The position numbers were made by a program, and so were the translations under genes. A stretch of 60,956 nucleotides of DNA. It comes from Pseudomonadota bacterium. Its GTDB lineage: Bacteria > Pseudomonadota > Gammaproteobacteria > Pseudomonadales > Oleiphilaceae. Shown piece after piece: positions 42,214 to 51,302 of this stretch (position 1 is the first letter of the stretch; every line of letters starts with the position of its first letter). Location: NCBI GenBank assembly GCA_051745655.1, contig JBNJEG010000001.1:1-60956 (forward strand), read 5' to 3'. The notes beneath the pieces were generated by a model. That model had not been told where the DNA came from. It saw nothing but the letters and a program-made list of their open reading frames with translations, and searched no databases.

Positions 42214-42349
42214 GACGGTATGACCTGAAATCAGAACCGATCCGGAAACTATAACGCGCCTGTAATCCGGATGTCTGCCCCCGGGGAGATGACGAGCGAC
42301 CCCGTGATTGGTACTGTATCAACCTTCTTGAATCTAGGGAGTACAGAAA

Positions 42350-42976
42350 GTGGACAACAACAGCATCAAGGGTGCCTATAAGCGTTACGCACCGGTGTAC
42401 GACTGGGTGTTTGGGCTTGTGTTCCGGAATGGCCGGCATGTGGCCATGGGATCTCTTGAGTTTGAGTCCGGAGATAAGGTTCTTGAGCTGGGCGTGGGCA
42501 CAGGCCTTTCACTGCCGGAATATCCCGATGATGTGGATATCCACGTCACTGGCATCGATATTTCCCAGGACATGCTCGACAAGGCTGAAAAGCGCATCCA
42601 GAAGCACGGCCTGACCAACTGCGAGCTGTACAACATGGACGCCGAAGCGCTGGACTTCCCGGACAACAGCTTCGACAAGATCATGGTGCTTTATGTGCTC
42701 TCCGTGGTGCCGGATCCCTACAAGGTGATGAGCGAAGTACGCCGGGTCGCCAAGCCGGGTGCGGACGTGATCTTCGTCAACCACTTCGCCAAGGAAAACC
42801 CGCTTGTCCGCCGGTTTGAGTCCGCGCTCTCGCGCTGGGCCGCGCCGCTTGGCTTTGATCCGGACTTCCCCATGGAGCCGGTGCTTGAGAACGTGGGTCT
42901 GAACGTGGAGAAGATCGAGTCCGTGAACCTGTTCGGTTACTGGACCATGCTGCACGGGCGTTGCCCTGAAGAGTAG
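42350..42976 (+). CDS. Class I SAM methyltransferase, PmtA-like (Rhodobacter-type phospholipid N-methyltransferase)
   Basis: YKRYAPVYDWVFG, VLELGVGTGLSL, GIDIS, SVVPDP, VNHF; GTG start with AGGGAG Shine-Dalgarno. Confidence 0.8.
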   Translation: MDNNSIKGAYKRYAPVYDWVFGLVFRNGRHVAMGSLEFESGDKVLELGVGTGLSLPEYPDDVDIHVTGIDISQDMLDKAEKRIQKHGLTNCELYNMDAEALDFPDNSFDKIMVLYVLSVVPDPYKVMSEVRRVAKPGADVIFVNHFAKENPLVRRFESALSRWAAPLGFDPDFPMEPVLENVGLNVEKIESVNLFGYWTMLHGRCPEE

Positions 42977-42996
42977 CGCCTACCCGCCGGGAGCCC

Positions 42997-43578
42997 ATGG
43001 GTATGAATCGAGCACTGTTTCCCCTCAACTCGGTGGTGCTTCCTGGCGGTCGCCTTCCCCTGCGGCTCTTCGAACGCCGCTACCTGGACATGCTCTCCCA
43101 TTCGCTGCGTTCCGGCGAACCCTTCGTAATGGTCCTTCTGGAACAGGGCGGCAGTGATACCAGGGCGGATGCCGCTTTCCACCCCATTGGCTGCGCCGTG
43201 TCGGTGGTGGATTTCTCGCCACTGGAGCACGGGGTGCTGGGTGTCACTGTTGAAGGCCTCAGCAAGGTTTCGGTGGCCCGAAACTGGCGAGAAGCCGACG
43301 GGCTCAATCGTGGCGATGTGGTGACGCTTCCGGAGGAGCCGAGGACGCCCACCCCGCTCCGGCATGAGGATCTTGCGGATATCCTGGCGGCACTCTGTCA
43401 GCATCCTTCGGTGGCGGAGCTTGGCCTCAGTATTGATTACGACGATGCCCGCCAGGTCGGCTGGCGTCTGACAGAGCTGCTGCCCCTGGCGATCGAGCAG
43501 CGTCAGTCGCTGGTTGAATTGTCCGATCCGCTGGAACGGCTTGAGGTGTTGTCGCGGCTGGTCGAAGCCATGGAGTAA
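42997..43578 (+). CDS. Stand-alone Lon protease N-terminal (substrate-binding) domain protein
   Basis: LFPL..VVLPG..LPLRLFERRY, RLTELLP, DPLERL; no ATPase or protease domain. Confidence 0.88.
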   Translation: MGMNRALFPLNSVVLPGGRLPLRLFERRYLDMLSHSLRSGEPFVMVLLEQGGSDTRADAAFHPIGCAVSVVDFSPLEHGVLGVTVEGLSKVSVARNWREADGLNRGDVVTLPEEPRTPTPLRHEDLADILAALCQHPSVAELGLSIDYDDARQVGWRLTELLPLAIEQRQSLVELSDPLERLEVLSRLVEAME

Positions 43579-44558
43579 TTGGGGCCGGCGAGGTGCCAGA
43601 CCTGATCATGCCCCCGGCGCCGGGCCTCGTTCAGCGCCTGTTCACAGCGTTGACGCAGTGTGCTGCCGGACGCCTCGCCCGACGCCCGGGTTGTGCAGCC
43701 GATGCTTGCTGTAATGCTCTCCACGCCGGGCCAGTGGGATTCTCCCAGAAGCCTCCGGATGCGCTCTGCGATCACCCGCAGCCCTTCTTCCTGGGTGAAG
43801 GGGAGCAGCAGGAAGAAATGGCCGTCACCCAGATGGTAGTGACTGTCTCCGGCCCGGATGGTTGTGCGGAGACTCTGGCTGATGGCGGCATTGAGGCTGG
43901 CCAGGGTCTCTTCCCCGTGAACGCTGGTCAGTTCATCGAGGTGATCCACGCTGAGCAGAGCCAGTGACAGTGGGTGGCCCGTGGCGTCCGAGCGACTGAT
44001 TTCCTTGTTGAGCGTCTCATCCAGACACCGCTCGTTATAGGCGCTGGTTTCGGGGTCAATGATGGTCAATGTGTCCACGTAGTGCGCACTGGCGTGGTAG
44101 TGGCGTGCGAACCAGCCTGCCCCCGATGCGAGGAGCAGGGCAGCGCCGATGAGTGTGAATTGCCCGCCCGGTGCCAGGGGCCACGTCAGGGTCAGGACGA
44201 TCAGGAGGCTGACGCTGCAGAGGAGGGCAGCATACCGGAGTCTCAGCAGCAGGAAGGCCGTCATCAGCAGAGGATAGAGCCAGAACGCGGCGAGTGACGG
44301 CTCGCGCGCAACCGCCTGAAGGATGGTGACCGCGATGACCGTGAGAATCACCAGATGGCTGTGTGTCTGCAACTGGCGACGGTGCCGGATCAGGGTAACG
44401 GCAATGCCGGCCGCCGCCAGCGCCGTTACCGTCAGGGCACTGAAGAAGAGCCCGTAGAACCCGTAGCGCAGGTTCCTCTCCGCAAGGACCATGAAACACA
44501 GAAGGATCAGCGCGTAGGTGACCAGGTTGGTGCGGGTACGCAGGGCCGTCTCAGTCAT
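43503..44558 (-). CDS. Membrane-bound degenerate GGDEF-domain protein (GDGHF; I-site RAGD)
   Basis: About 6 TM; IDPET.AYN..L..EI.R, RAGD, FFLLLP, TASIG, AL..ARRRG. Confidence 0.88.
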   Translation of the reverse strand: MTETALRTRTNLVTYALILLCFMVLAERNLRYGFYGLFFSALTVTALAAAGIAVTLIRHRRQLQTHSHLVILTVIAVTILQAVAREPSLAAFWLYPLLMTAFLLLRLRYAALLCSVSLLIVLTLTWPLAPGGQFTLIGAALLLASGAGWFARHYHASAHYVDTLTIIDPETSAYNERCLDETLNKEISRSDATGHPLSLALLSVDHLDELTSVHGEETLASLNAAISQSLRTTIRAGDSHYHLGDGHFFLLLPFTQEEGLRVIAERIRRLLGESHWPGVESITASIGCTTRASGEASGSTLRQRCEQALNEARRRGHDQVWHLAGPNYSMASTSRDNTSSRSSGSDNSTSD

Positions 44559-45381
44559 GGCTGGTTCCTCCGGCGGACGTCCAGGTCAGCGTCCGGTTGC
44601 CGCCCTGTTTGCGGGCTCGTCGCAGTGTTTCGAGCGCCTTGTCGGCAGTGGACTTTGCGTCATCACCAACATTGGCACCGACAACACCCGCCGAGAGGGT
44701 CAGCGCAACACCCTCGCGGGAGAGCATACCCTCGGCCTCAACCCGTATCCGGTCGATGGTCTGTACGCCTTCGGTGGTGGCTGTGGCCGGGAGGACGACA
44801 ATGAATCCGGTCTCGTTGTTGCGGTAGTAGCTGTCAAAGTCCCGGAGGGTACGGTGCAGAAGGCGGCCCAGCCGGACCACCAGGTTGCCCCGGTCCTGCT
44901 CCGGCAGCGGGTCTTCGGGATCGTCCAGATGCAGGACCGCCACAGTCACCGGCGTGCCCTCGCGCTCGCCCCGCCGGATTTCACGGTTGAGGTCGCTGTC
45001 GAGGTAGTCGCGGGTGGAGGCCAGCGTGAGCGAGTCTGTCCGGCGCAGCGGGGCCAGCTGGGCGGCCTTGTACTCACGCAGGTAAACGAATACGCCCGTG
45101 AGCCCAGTGGTCAGGATCAGCATGGGAACAAACTGGTGCCGGGGCATGCCCAGCTCCGGAGTGAGAGCCAGGCCCAGGATGGCGACAACGAAGAGCGCAC
45201 AGCCGCCAATCGCAATCCACAGCGGCCAGCCGGCAAAGAGTGCCAGTGGAACGAGGAATGCCAGAGGCGTCAGCCAGGGCCAGTGGCCGGTGAAGACAGC
45301 GAGGGCCACAACCAGCAGCAACAGAGACCCGGCCCGGAGTGTCCAGCGCAGCGGCAGGGGCATTGAGGTTTCCGTTTCCAT
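44551..45381 (-). CDS. Membrane-bound degenerate GGDEF-domain protein (NETGF; I-site RDFD)
   Basis: About 4 TM; TDSLT, REIRR, RDFD, FIVVLP, TLSAG, ARKQGGNR; start reset to an ATG near the GGGAG Shine-Dalgarno. Confidence 0.85.
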   Translation of the reverse strand: METETSMPLPLRWTLRAGSLLLLVVALAVFTGHWPWLTPLAFLVPLALFAGWPLWIAIGGCALFVVAILGLALTPELGMPRHQFVPMLILTTGLTGVFVYLREYKAAQLAPLRRTDSLTLASTRDYLDSDLNREIRRGEREGTPVTVAVLHLDDPEDPLPEQDRGNLVVRLGRLLHRTLRDFDSYYRNNETGFIVVLPATATTEGVQTIDRIRVEAEGMLSREGVALTLSAGVVGANVGDDAKSTADKALETLRRARKQGGNRTLTWTSAGGTSHD

Positions 45382-45434
45382 CATCGGCTCCCGGTGTTGC
45401 AATGTGAGACTGTATCCGGCGCCCCACGCACGCG

Positions 45435-45440
45435 TATAAT
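45435..45440 (+). promoter_or_regulatory. -10 box candidate for the proA operon
   Basis: Perfect TATAAT in the divergent spacer; no clear -35. Confidence 0.45.
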
Positions 45441-45496
45441 AGCCTACTTTTCCCGCAATGCCCTGAAAACAGATGCGGAATCCGATTGGGAGGGAT

Positions 45497-46753
45497 ATGA
45501 GCGTAGAATCCATGATGCGGACCCTTGGCCAGCAGGCCCGGGCGGCCAGCCGCGAGCTGGCCCGCTCAAGCACCGGGGTGCGCAACGAGGCGCTTCTGGC
45601 CACGGCCCGGGCACTCGATGTCGGCCGGGAAGCGCTGCAGGCGGAAAACCGGAAGGATCTTGAAGCGGGCCGTGAGAAGGGGCTTGATCCGGCGATGCTG
45701 GACCGGCTGGAGCTTACGGGCGGGCGCATCGACGCCATGATCGAAGGGTTGCGCCAGGTTGCCGCGCTCACGGATCCGGTGGGTGTGATCACGGACATGG
45801 AATACCGCCCCTCGGGGATCCAGGTGGGGCGCATGCGCGTGCCGCTGGGTGTGATCGGAATCATCTACGAATCCCGCCCGAACGTGACCGTGGATGCGGC
45901 GAGTCTCTGCATCAAGTCCGGCAATGCCACTGTTCTGCGCGGTGGTTCCGAGGCCGCCCATTCCAATCGCGCGATTGCCGAGTGCGTGTCGCAGGGGCTG
46001 CGCGAGGCCGGGCTCCCGGAAACCGGTGTGCAGGTGGTTGGCACCACGGACCGCGAAGCCGTGGGTCACCTGATCCGTATGCCGGAGTATGTGGACGTGA
46101 TCGTGCCACGGGGCGGCAAGAGCCTGATCGAGCGCATCAGCAACGAGGCGTCTGTTCCCGTGATCAAGCACCTGGACGGCATCTGTCACAGTTTTCTGGA
46201 TCGGGACGCGGACCCGGAGAAGGCCGTAAACGTAACGGTCAACGCCAAGACTCAACGCTACGGTACCTGCAACACGCTGGAAACGCTGCTGGTGGACGCC
46301 CCAGTGGCCGAATCGCTGTTGCCGCCCATCGCGGCTCAGCTCCGGGCAATCGGGGTTGAATTGCGGGGTTGCGAGGCCACCCGGGAGATCCTTCCGGAGG
46401 CCGGTGAGGCCACAGAGGAAGACTGGGCCACCGAATACCTGGCGCCGGTGCTGTCCATCCGGGTGGTGGATGGGCTGGACGCGGCCATGGAGCACATCAA
46501 TCGCTACAGCTCCCAGCACACGGACAGCATCATCACCGAAAACTACACCCGGGCCCGACGCTTCCTGACCGAAGTTGACTCCAGCTCGGTCATGGTCAAC
46601 GCCTCCACCCGTTTCGCCGATGGGTTTGAGTACGGGCTGGGTGCCGAAATCGGCATTTCAACGGACAAGCTCCACGCCCGGGGCCCAGTGGGGCTGGAAG
46701 GGCTGACCAGCCAGAAGTACGTGGTGTTCGGAGACGGCCATGTTCGCGGCTGA
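45497..46753 (+). CDS. proA: Gamma-glutamyl phosphate reductase
   Basis: [36 protein letters not shown]; start reset to ATG 45497. Confidence 0.98.
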   Translation: MSVESMMRTLGQQARAASRELARSSTGVRNEALLATARALDVGREALQAENRKDLEAGREKGLDPAMLDRLELTGGRIDAMIEGLRQVAALTDPVGVITDMEYRPSGIQVGRMRVPLGVIGIIYESRPNVTVDAASLCIKSGNATVLRGGSEAAHSNRAIAECVSQGLREAGLPETGVQVVGTTDREAVGHLIRMPEYVDVIVPRGGKSLIERISNEASVPVIKHLDGICHSFLDRDADPEKAVNVTVNAKTQRYGTCNTLETLLVDAPVAESLLPPIAAQLRAIGVELRGCEATREILPEAGEATEEDWATEYLAPVLSIRVVDGLDAAMEHINRYSSQHTDSIITENYTRARRFLTEVDSSSVMVNASTRFADGFEYGLGAEIGISTDKLHARGPVGLEGLTSQKYVVFGDGHVRG

Positions 46754-46765
46754 GCGGGAGCGGGC

Positions 46766-47410
46766 ATGCTGAACGTGATGCTGGGCGGAACCTTCGACCC
46801 CGTCCACAACGGTCATCTGCGCATGGCGGTGGAGCTGCACGAACGGCTGGGTGGCGCCAGAATCCGCCTGATGCCCTGCCATCGGCCGCCGCACCGCGAC
46901 CAGCCGGGGGCGGAGGGCGACCTGCGGTTGTCCATGCTGCGGGATGCGGTAGCGGAAGAGCCCGGCCTGACCGTGGATGCGCGGGAGCTTGAGCAGGACC
47001 GTGTATCCTATACTGCGGAGACCCTGCAGCAGCTGCGGGCGGAGCTGGGTCCGGAGACCCCACTGGCCATGGTTGTCGGCACGGATGCGTTCAATGCCTT
47101 TGACCAGTGGCGGGACTGGATGCAACTGCCCGGCCTCGCCCATATAATCGTGGTAAACCGGCCCGGCTTTCCGTTGGCACCCTCGGAGCCGGTGGCGGCG
47201 ATGCTCAATGAACGCCGTGCGCGTGAACCATCAGAGCTCCAAGGGGCGGCCAGTGGCCGCGTGCTGTCCATGGAACTGCCTCTGCTGGAAATTGCCGCCA
47301 CTGAGGTCAGGCAACGGGTAGCCCAGGGGCGCTCGATCCGCTATCTGGTGCCGGAACCAGTCTGGCGCACGATAGGGGATCAGGCGCTGTATCGACTTGA
47401 AACAGGATGA
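46766..47410 (+). CDS. nadD: Nicotinate-nucleotide adenylyltransferase
   Basis: GGTFDPVHNGH, PPHR, SYT..TL, GTD. Confidence 0.96.
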   Translation: MLNVMLGGTFDPVHNGHLRMAVELHERLGGARIRLMPCHRPPHRDQPGAEGDLRLSMLRDAVAEEPGLTVDARELEQDRVSYTAETLQQLRAELGPETPLAMVVGTDAFNAFDQWRDWMQLPGLAHIIVVNRPGFPLAPSEPVAAMLNERRAREPSELQGAASGRVLSMELPLLEIAATEVRQRVAQGRSIRYLVPEPVWRTIGDQALYRLETG

Positions 47411-47412
47411 TT

Positions 47413-47763
47413 ATGGATTCCGAGCAACTGAAAACACTGGCGGTGGATGCCGTCGAATCGATGAAGGGTCAGGACGTGGCCGTGATGGACGTGCGTGACC
47501 GCACCAGCATGACGGATTTCATGGTCATCGCCTCCGGCAACTCCAATCGCCATGTGCATTCCCTGGCCGAGGAAGTGGTGCAGCGCGCGAAACAGGAAAC
47601 CGACAGCAAGCCGAAGATCGAGGGCGGTGAAACCAGCGACTGGGTGCTGGTGGACATGGGGGATGTGATCGTCCACCTCATGCTGCCCGCGACCCGTGAA
47701 TTCTACGACCTGGAACGGTTCTGGCGGGATGCCCCGGGACTGGGCGCCGCGAGTACGGAGTAG
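47413..47763 (+). CDS. rsfS: Ribosome silencing factor
   Basis: KGQD, DWVLVDMGDVIVH, REFYDLE; alternative start 47407. Confidence 0.96.
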   Translation: MDSEQLKTLAVDAVESMKGQDVAVMDVRDRTSMTDFMVIASGNSNRHVHSLAEEVVQRAKQETDSKPKIEGGETSDWVLVDMGDVIVHLMLPATREFYDLERFWRDAPGLGAASTE

Positions 47764-47764
47764 C

Positions 47765-48238
47765 ATGCACCTGAAGGTCATCAGCGCCGGGCAGAAGCTG
47801 CCCGACTGGGTCAATGCGGGCTTCGAGGAGTACCGCAGACGCTTTCCCCGTGAAATGCGGCTGGAACTGACGGAAGTGCCCCTTGGCGGTCGCGCTCGTC
47901 AGGCCGATACGGCGCGTGCGGTGCGGGACGAGGGCGACCGGATGCTCAGGGCGCTGCGTGGGCCCGAATGGGTGATCGCGCTGGAAATTGACGCCAAACA
48001 GTGGTCCACCGAGCAGCTGGCGGAGCGGCTTGAGCACTGGCGCATGGAAGGGCAGGATGTTGCCTTCCTCATCGGTGGGCCCGAGGGGCTTTCTGGGGCC
48101 TGCCGGGAGCGCGCGAACCAGGCGTGGTCCCTGTCATCACTGACGCTGCCCCATCCGCTGGTGCGCGTGATGCTGGCGGAGCAGCTCTACCGCGCCTGGA
48201 GCATCAACTGTAACCACCCGTATCACAGGGCCGGCTGA
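47765..48238 (+). CDS. rlmH: 23S rRNA pseudouridine-1915 N3-methyltransferase
   Basis: FLIGGPEG, LTLPH, EQLYRA, HPYH; start reset to ATG 47765. Confidence 0.97.
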   Translation: MHLKVISAGQKLPDWVNAGFEEYRRRFPREMRLELTEVPLGGRARQADTARAVRDEGDRMLRALRGPEWVIALEIDAKQWSTEQLAERLEHWRMEGQDVAFLIGGPEGLSGACRERANQAWSLSSLTLPHPLVRVMLAEQLYRAWSINCNHPYHRAG

Positions 48239-48240
48239 CC

Positions 48241-50151
48241 ATGAGCTGGGGAACCCTACGCAACACCGGCCAGGAGCGTGAACTCTTCCAGCGTCGCTCG
48301 TTCTTGGCGATCATCGCGGTCATTCTGTTGACTGGTGTCCTGGTCGGGCGGTTCTACTACCTTCAGGTCGTCGAGCATGAGACCTACACCACCATCTCCG
48401 ACCGCAACCGGGTTCAGGTCCAGCCGGTACCTCCGACACGGGGTCTTATATACGACCGCAACGGCGTGCTGCTGGCCGAGAACCGCCCGGTTTTCAGCCT
48501 GACGGTCATCCCGGAGCAGGTGTCCGACATGGACGCCCTTATTGAAGAGGTCAGGGACGTTGTTGAGGTCCGCCCCGAGGATGTTGAGGGGTTTCGTCGT
48601 CGCCTTGGAGAACGGCGCAGGCCCTTTGAACCGGTGCCATTGCGTTACCACCTGAGCGAGTCGGAGATGGCGCGCCTGGCCGTGAACCGTCACAGTCTGC
48701 CCGGTGTGGAAACGGAGGCACGGCTGGTGCGTTATTACCCCTACGGTCGCCTGACGTCTCATGTGCTCGGCTACGTGGGGCGGATCAACAAGCAGGATGC
48801 GCGACGTATCGACAAGGTTGCGTACGCTGGCACTCATTACATCGGCAAAACCGGTCTCGAACGGGTCTATGAGGAGGAGCTCCACGGTGACGTGGGGTAC
48901 CAGAATGTTGAGACCAACGCCCGTGGCCGCGTTATGCGGGTGCTTGAACGCGAGGACCCCAGTCCCGGCCAGGACCTGACCCTGAATCTCGATATCCGGC
49001 TGCAGCAGGTTGCCCATGAGGCGCTGGGGGATCGGCGTGGTGCCATTGTCGCCATCAACCCGGAAACAGGTGGATTGCTGGCTCAGGTCAGTACGCCAGG
49101 GTTCGACACCAATGAGTTTGTCACCGGCATCGATCAAGAGAGCTACACCGCGCTGCGCGACTCGCTCGACAAGCCCCTTTTCAATCGCGCCACCCGCGGC
49201 CAGTACCCACCGGGCTCCACCGTCAAACCCATGCTCGCCCTCGCCGGGCTGGATTCGGATACCGTTACCCAATCGGAAATCGTTTATGACCCGGGGTATT
49301 ATGAGCTGCCCAACAGCAGCCAGGTCTTCCGCAACTGGAAGCGGGAAGGGCATGGCGATACGACCCTATACGACGCCATTGTGCTGTCCAGCGATACCTA
49401 CTTCTACAAGATGGCCTACGAGATGGGCGGCAGTAAGATGGCCGATTATCTGCAGCGATTCGGTTTCGGCTCCGAGACCTCGCTGGACGTGCGGGATGAG
49501 CGACCTGGCATTCTGCCCAGCCCGGAGTGGAAGCGCCGCGTCCACGATGAATCCTGGTATCCGGGTGATTCGGTGAACATGGGCATCGGGCAGGGCTACT
49601 TTCTCTCAACGCCCATGCAGCTGGCCGCCACGACCAGTGTCATCGCCAGCCGTGGGGATCGGCACCCGCCCCGTCATCTGCGCTATGTCGATGGTGACAT
49701 TCCGGCAGATCAGCTGCTTCCGGAGGTTGTCCGCCCGCCTGTCGATATGGCCCGTGATTCGGACTGGGAGTACGTGATCAACGCCATGGAGGATGTGGTG
49801 CATGATTCCGAGGGCACCGCCCGCCGGATCAGTCCGGGGCTTAACTACCGTGTTGCCGGCAAGACCGGTACGTCCCAGGTTTTCAGTCTTGAAGGTGAGG
49901 AGTACAACGAGGAGGAAATCGCCAAACGCATGCGTGACCATGCCCTTTTCGTCGCCTTTGCCCCGGCCGATGACCCGGAGATCGCGGTCTCCGTGCTGGT
50001 GGAGAACGGGGGGAGCGGCAGCTCCACGGCGGCGCCCGTGGCACGGCAGGTGATGGACGCCTGGATCAATGGCTTTCCTGAGGTGTTGACCGATCAGGCC
50101 GTGCCGGGGGCCATGGGGGAAGACAGTGACACTGTGGGAGGTCAGCCGTGA
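48241..50151 (+). CDS. mrdA: Penicillin-binding protein 2
   Basis: PTRGLIYDRNG, YPPGSTVK, SSD, KTGT. Confidence 0.97.
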   Translation: MSWGTLRNTGQERELFQRRSFLAIIAVILLTGVLVGRFYYLQVVEHETYTTISDRNRVQVQPVPPTRGLIYDRNGVLLAENRPVFSLTVIPEQVSDMDALIEEVRDVVEVRPEDVEGFRRRLGERRRPFEPVPLRYHLSESEMARLAVNRHSLPGVETEARLVRYYPYGRLTSHVLGYVGRINKQDARRIDKVAYAGTHYIGKTGLERVYEEELHGDVGYQNVETNARGRVMRVLEREDPSPGQDLTLNLDIRLQQVAHEALGDRRGAIVAINPETGGLLAQVSTPGFDTNEFVTGIDQESYTALRDSLDKPLFNRATRGQYPPGSTVKPMLALAGLDSDTVTQSEIVYDPGYYELPNSSQVFRNWKREGHGDTTLYDAIVLSSDTYFYKMAYEMGGSKMADYLQRFGFGSETSLDVRDERPGILPSPEWKRRVHDESWYPGDSVNMGIGQGYFLSTPMQLAATTSVIASRGDRHPPRHLRYVDGDIPADQLLPEVVRPPVDMARDSDWEYVINAMEDVVHDSEGTARRISPGLNYRVAGKTGTSQVFSLEGEEYNEEEIAKRMRDHALFVAFAPADDPEIAVSVLVENGGSGSSTAAPVARQVMDAWINGFPEVLTDQAVPGAMGEDSDTVGGQP

Positions 50152-51293
50152 GCCGTGAATTCGTGCGCCAGATCACCATGGAGCCTGATTACCTGCAGCG
50201 CCGTGGTGGATGGATGGCGCGGTTGCACCTGGATCCGCTGCTGTTGCTGTTGCTGATGACAGTGATGGGGTTCGGCCTGGTCATCCTCTACAGCGCCGGC
50301 GAGAACGGCATTGCCATTGTCCGCAGCCAGGCGGTGCGGATCGGTGTTGGGCTCCTGATCATGCTTTTCTTCGCTCAACTGGATCCCATGCTCTATCGGC
50401 GCTGGTCTCCCTGGTTGTACCTTCTTGGTATTATAGCGCTGGTCCTGGTCCTGCTTTTTGGAGCCGGAGCCCAGGGCGCGCAGCGCTGGTTGGCGCTTCC
50501 CGGTCTGCCCCGCTTCCAGCCCTCCGAGTTCATGAAGCTCGGCGTACCGCTCATGGCGGCCTGGTTCCTTTCGCAGCTCGCGCTGCCGCCGCGTTTCTTC
50601 TCAACAGTGCTGGTTCTGGGGCTGATTGCGCTGCCCGCTGCCCTGATCATAGCGCAACCCGACCTGGGTACGGCCCTGTTGGTCAGTTCTGCCGGCCTTG
50701 CGGTCCTGTTCCTGGCCGGGCTGAGCTGGAAGCTGATCACGTTGATGGTCGTAGCCGGTGGCTCCTCCATTCCGGTACTCTGGCTGTTCGTAATGCGCGA
50801 TTACCAGAAGGAGCGCGTGCTGACTCTGCTCAATCCCGGCGGTGATCCTCTGGGTGCGGGCTGGAATATCACCCAGTCCAAGGCGGCCATTGGTTCCGGT
50901 GGCCTTCACGGTAAGGGCTGGGGAGAAGGTACCCAGTCCCACCTGGATTTCCTGCCGGAGAGTCATACGGATTTCATCCTGGCCGTGCTCGCTGAAGAGT
51001 TCGGGTTCGTGGGCGTGACCCTGCTGCTGGTGCTGTACGCACTGGTCGTGATTCGCTGCCTGTTCATTGCCGCCATGGCGCAGACCTCGTTCAGCCGCCT
51101 TCTGGCCGGGGGGCTGGCCATCATCTTCTTCATGTACGTGGTCGTTAATGTGGCCATGGTCAGCGGTCTGATGCCGGTGGTCGGGGTGCCGTTGCCCCTG
51201 GTCAGCTTCGGCGGGACGTCCATCGTGACGCTGCTGGCGGGCTTCGGTATTCTGATGGCTGTGCATACCCACCGACGCATGCTGGAGTCCTGA
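50148..51293 (+). CDS. rodA: Rod shape-determining SEDS protein RodA
   Basis: GAQRW, QPSE, QPDLGT, LPESHTDF, PVVGVPLP. Confidence 0.97.
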   Translation: MSREFVRQITMEPDYLQRRGGWMARLHLDPLLLLLLMTVMGFGLVILYSAGENGIAIVRSQAVRIGVGLLIMLFFAQLDPMLYRRWSPWLYLLGIIALVLVLLFGAGAQGAQRWLALPGLPRFQPSEFMKLGVPLMAAWFLSQLALPPRFFSTVLVLGLIALPAALIIAQPDLGTALLVSSAGLAVLFLAGLSWKLITLMVVAGGSSIPVLWLFVMRDYQKERVLTLLNPGGDPLGAGWNITQSKAAIGSGGLHGKGWGEGTQSHLDFLPESHTDFILAVLAEEFGFVGVTLLLVLYALVVIRCLFIAAMAQTSFSRLLAGGLAIIFFMYVVVNVAMVSGLMPVVGVPLPLVSFGGTSIVTLLAGFGILMAVHTHRRMLES

Positions 51294-51302
51294 CCCACTA
51301 TC

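Noticed and set aside
45385-45864. Long N-terminal extension of the 437-aa GGDEF ORF
   Set aside because: It overlaps proA antisense; a Shine-Dalgarno-linked ATG at 45381-45384 precedes the TM region
47290-47312. NadD IAAT in place of the IS(S/A)T motif
   Set aside because: A single conservative change with HxGH and the other motifs intact
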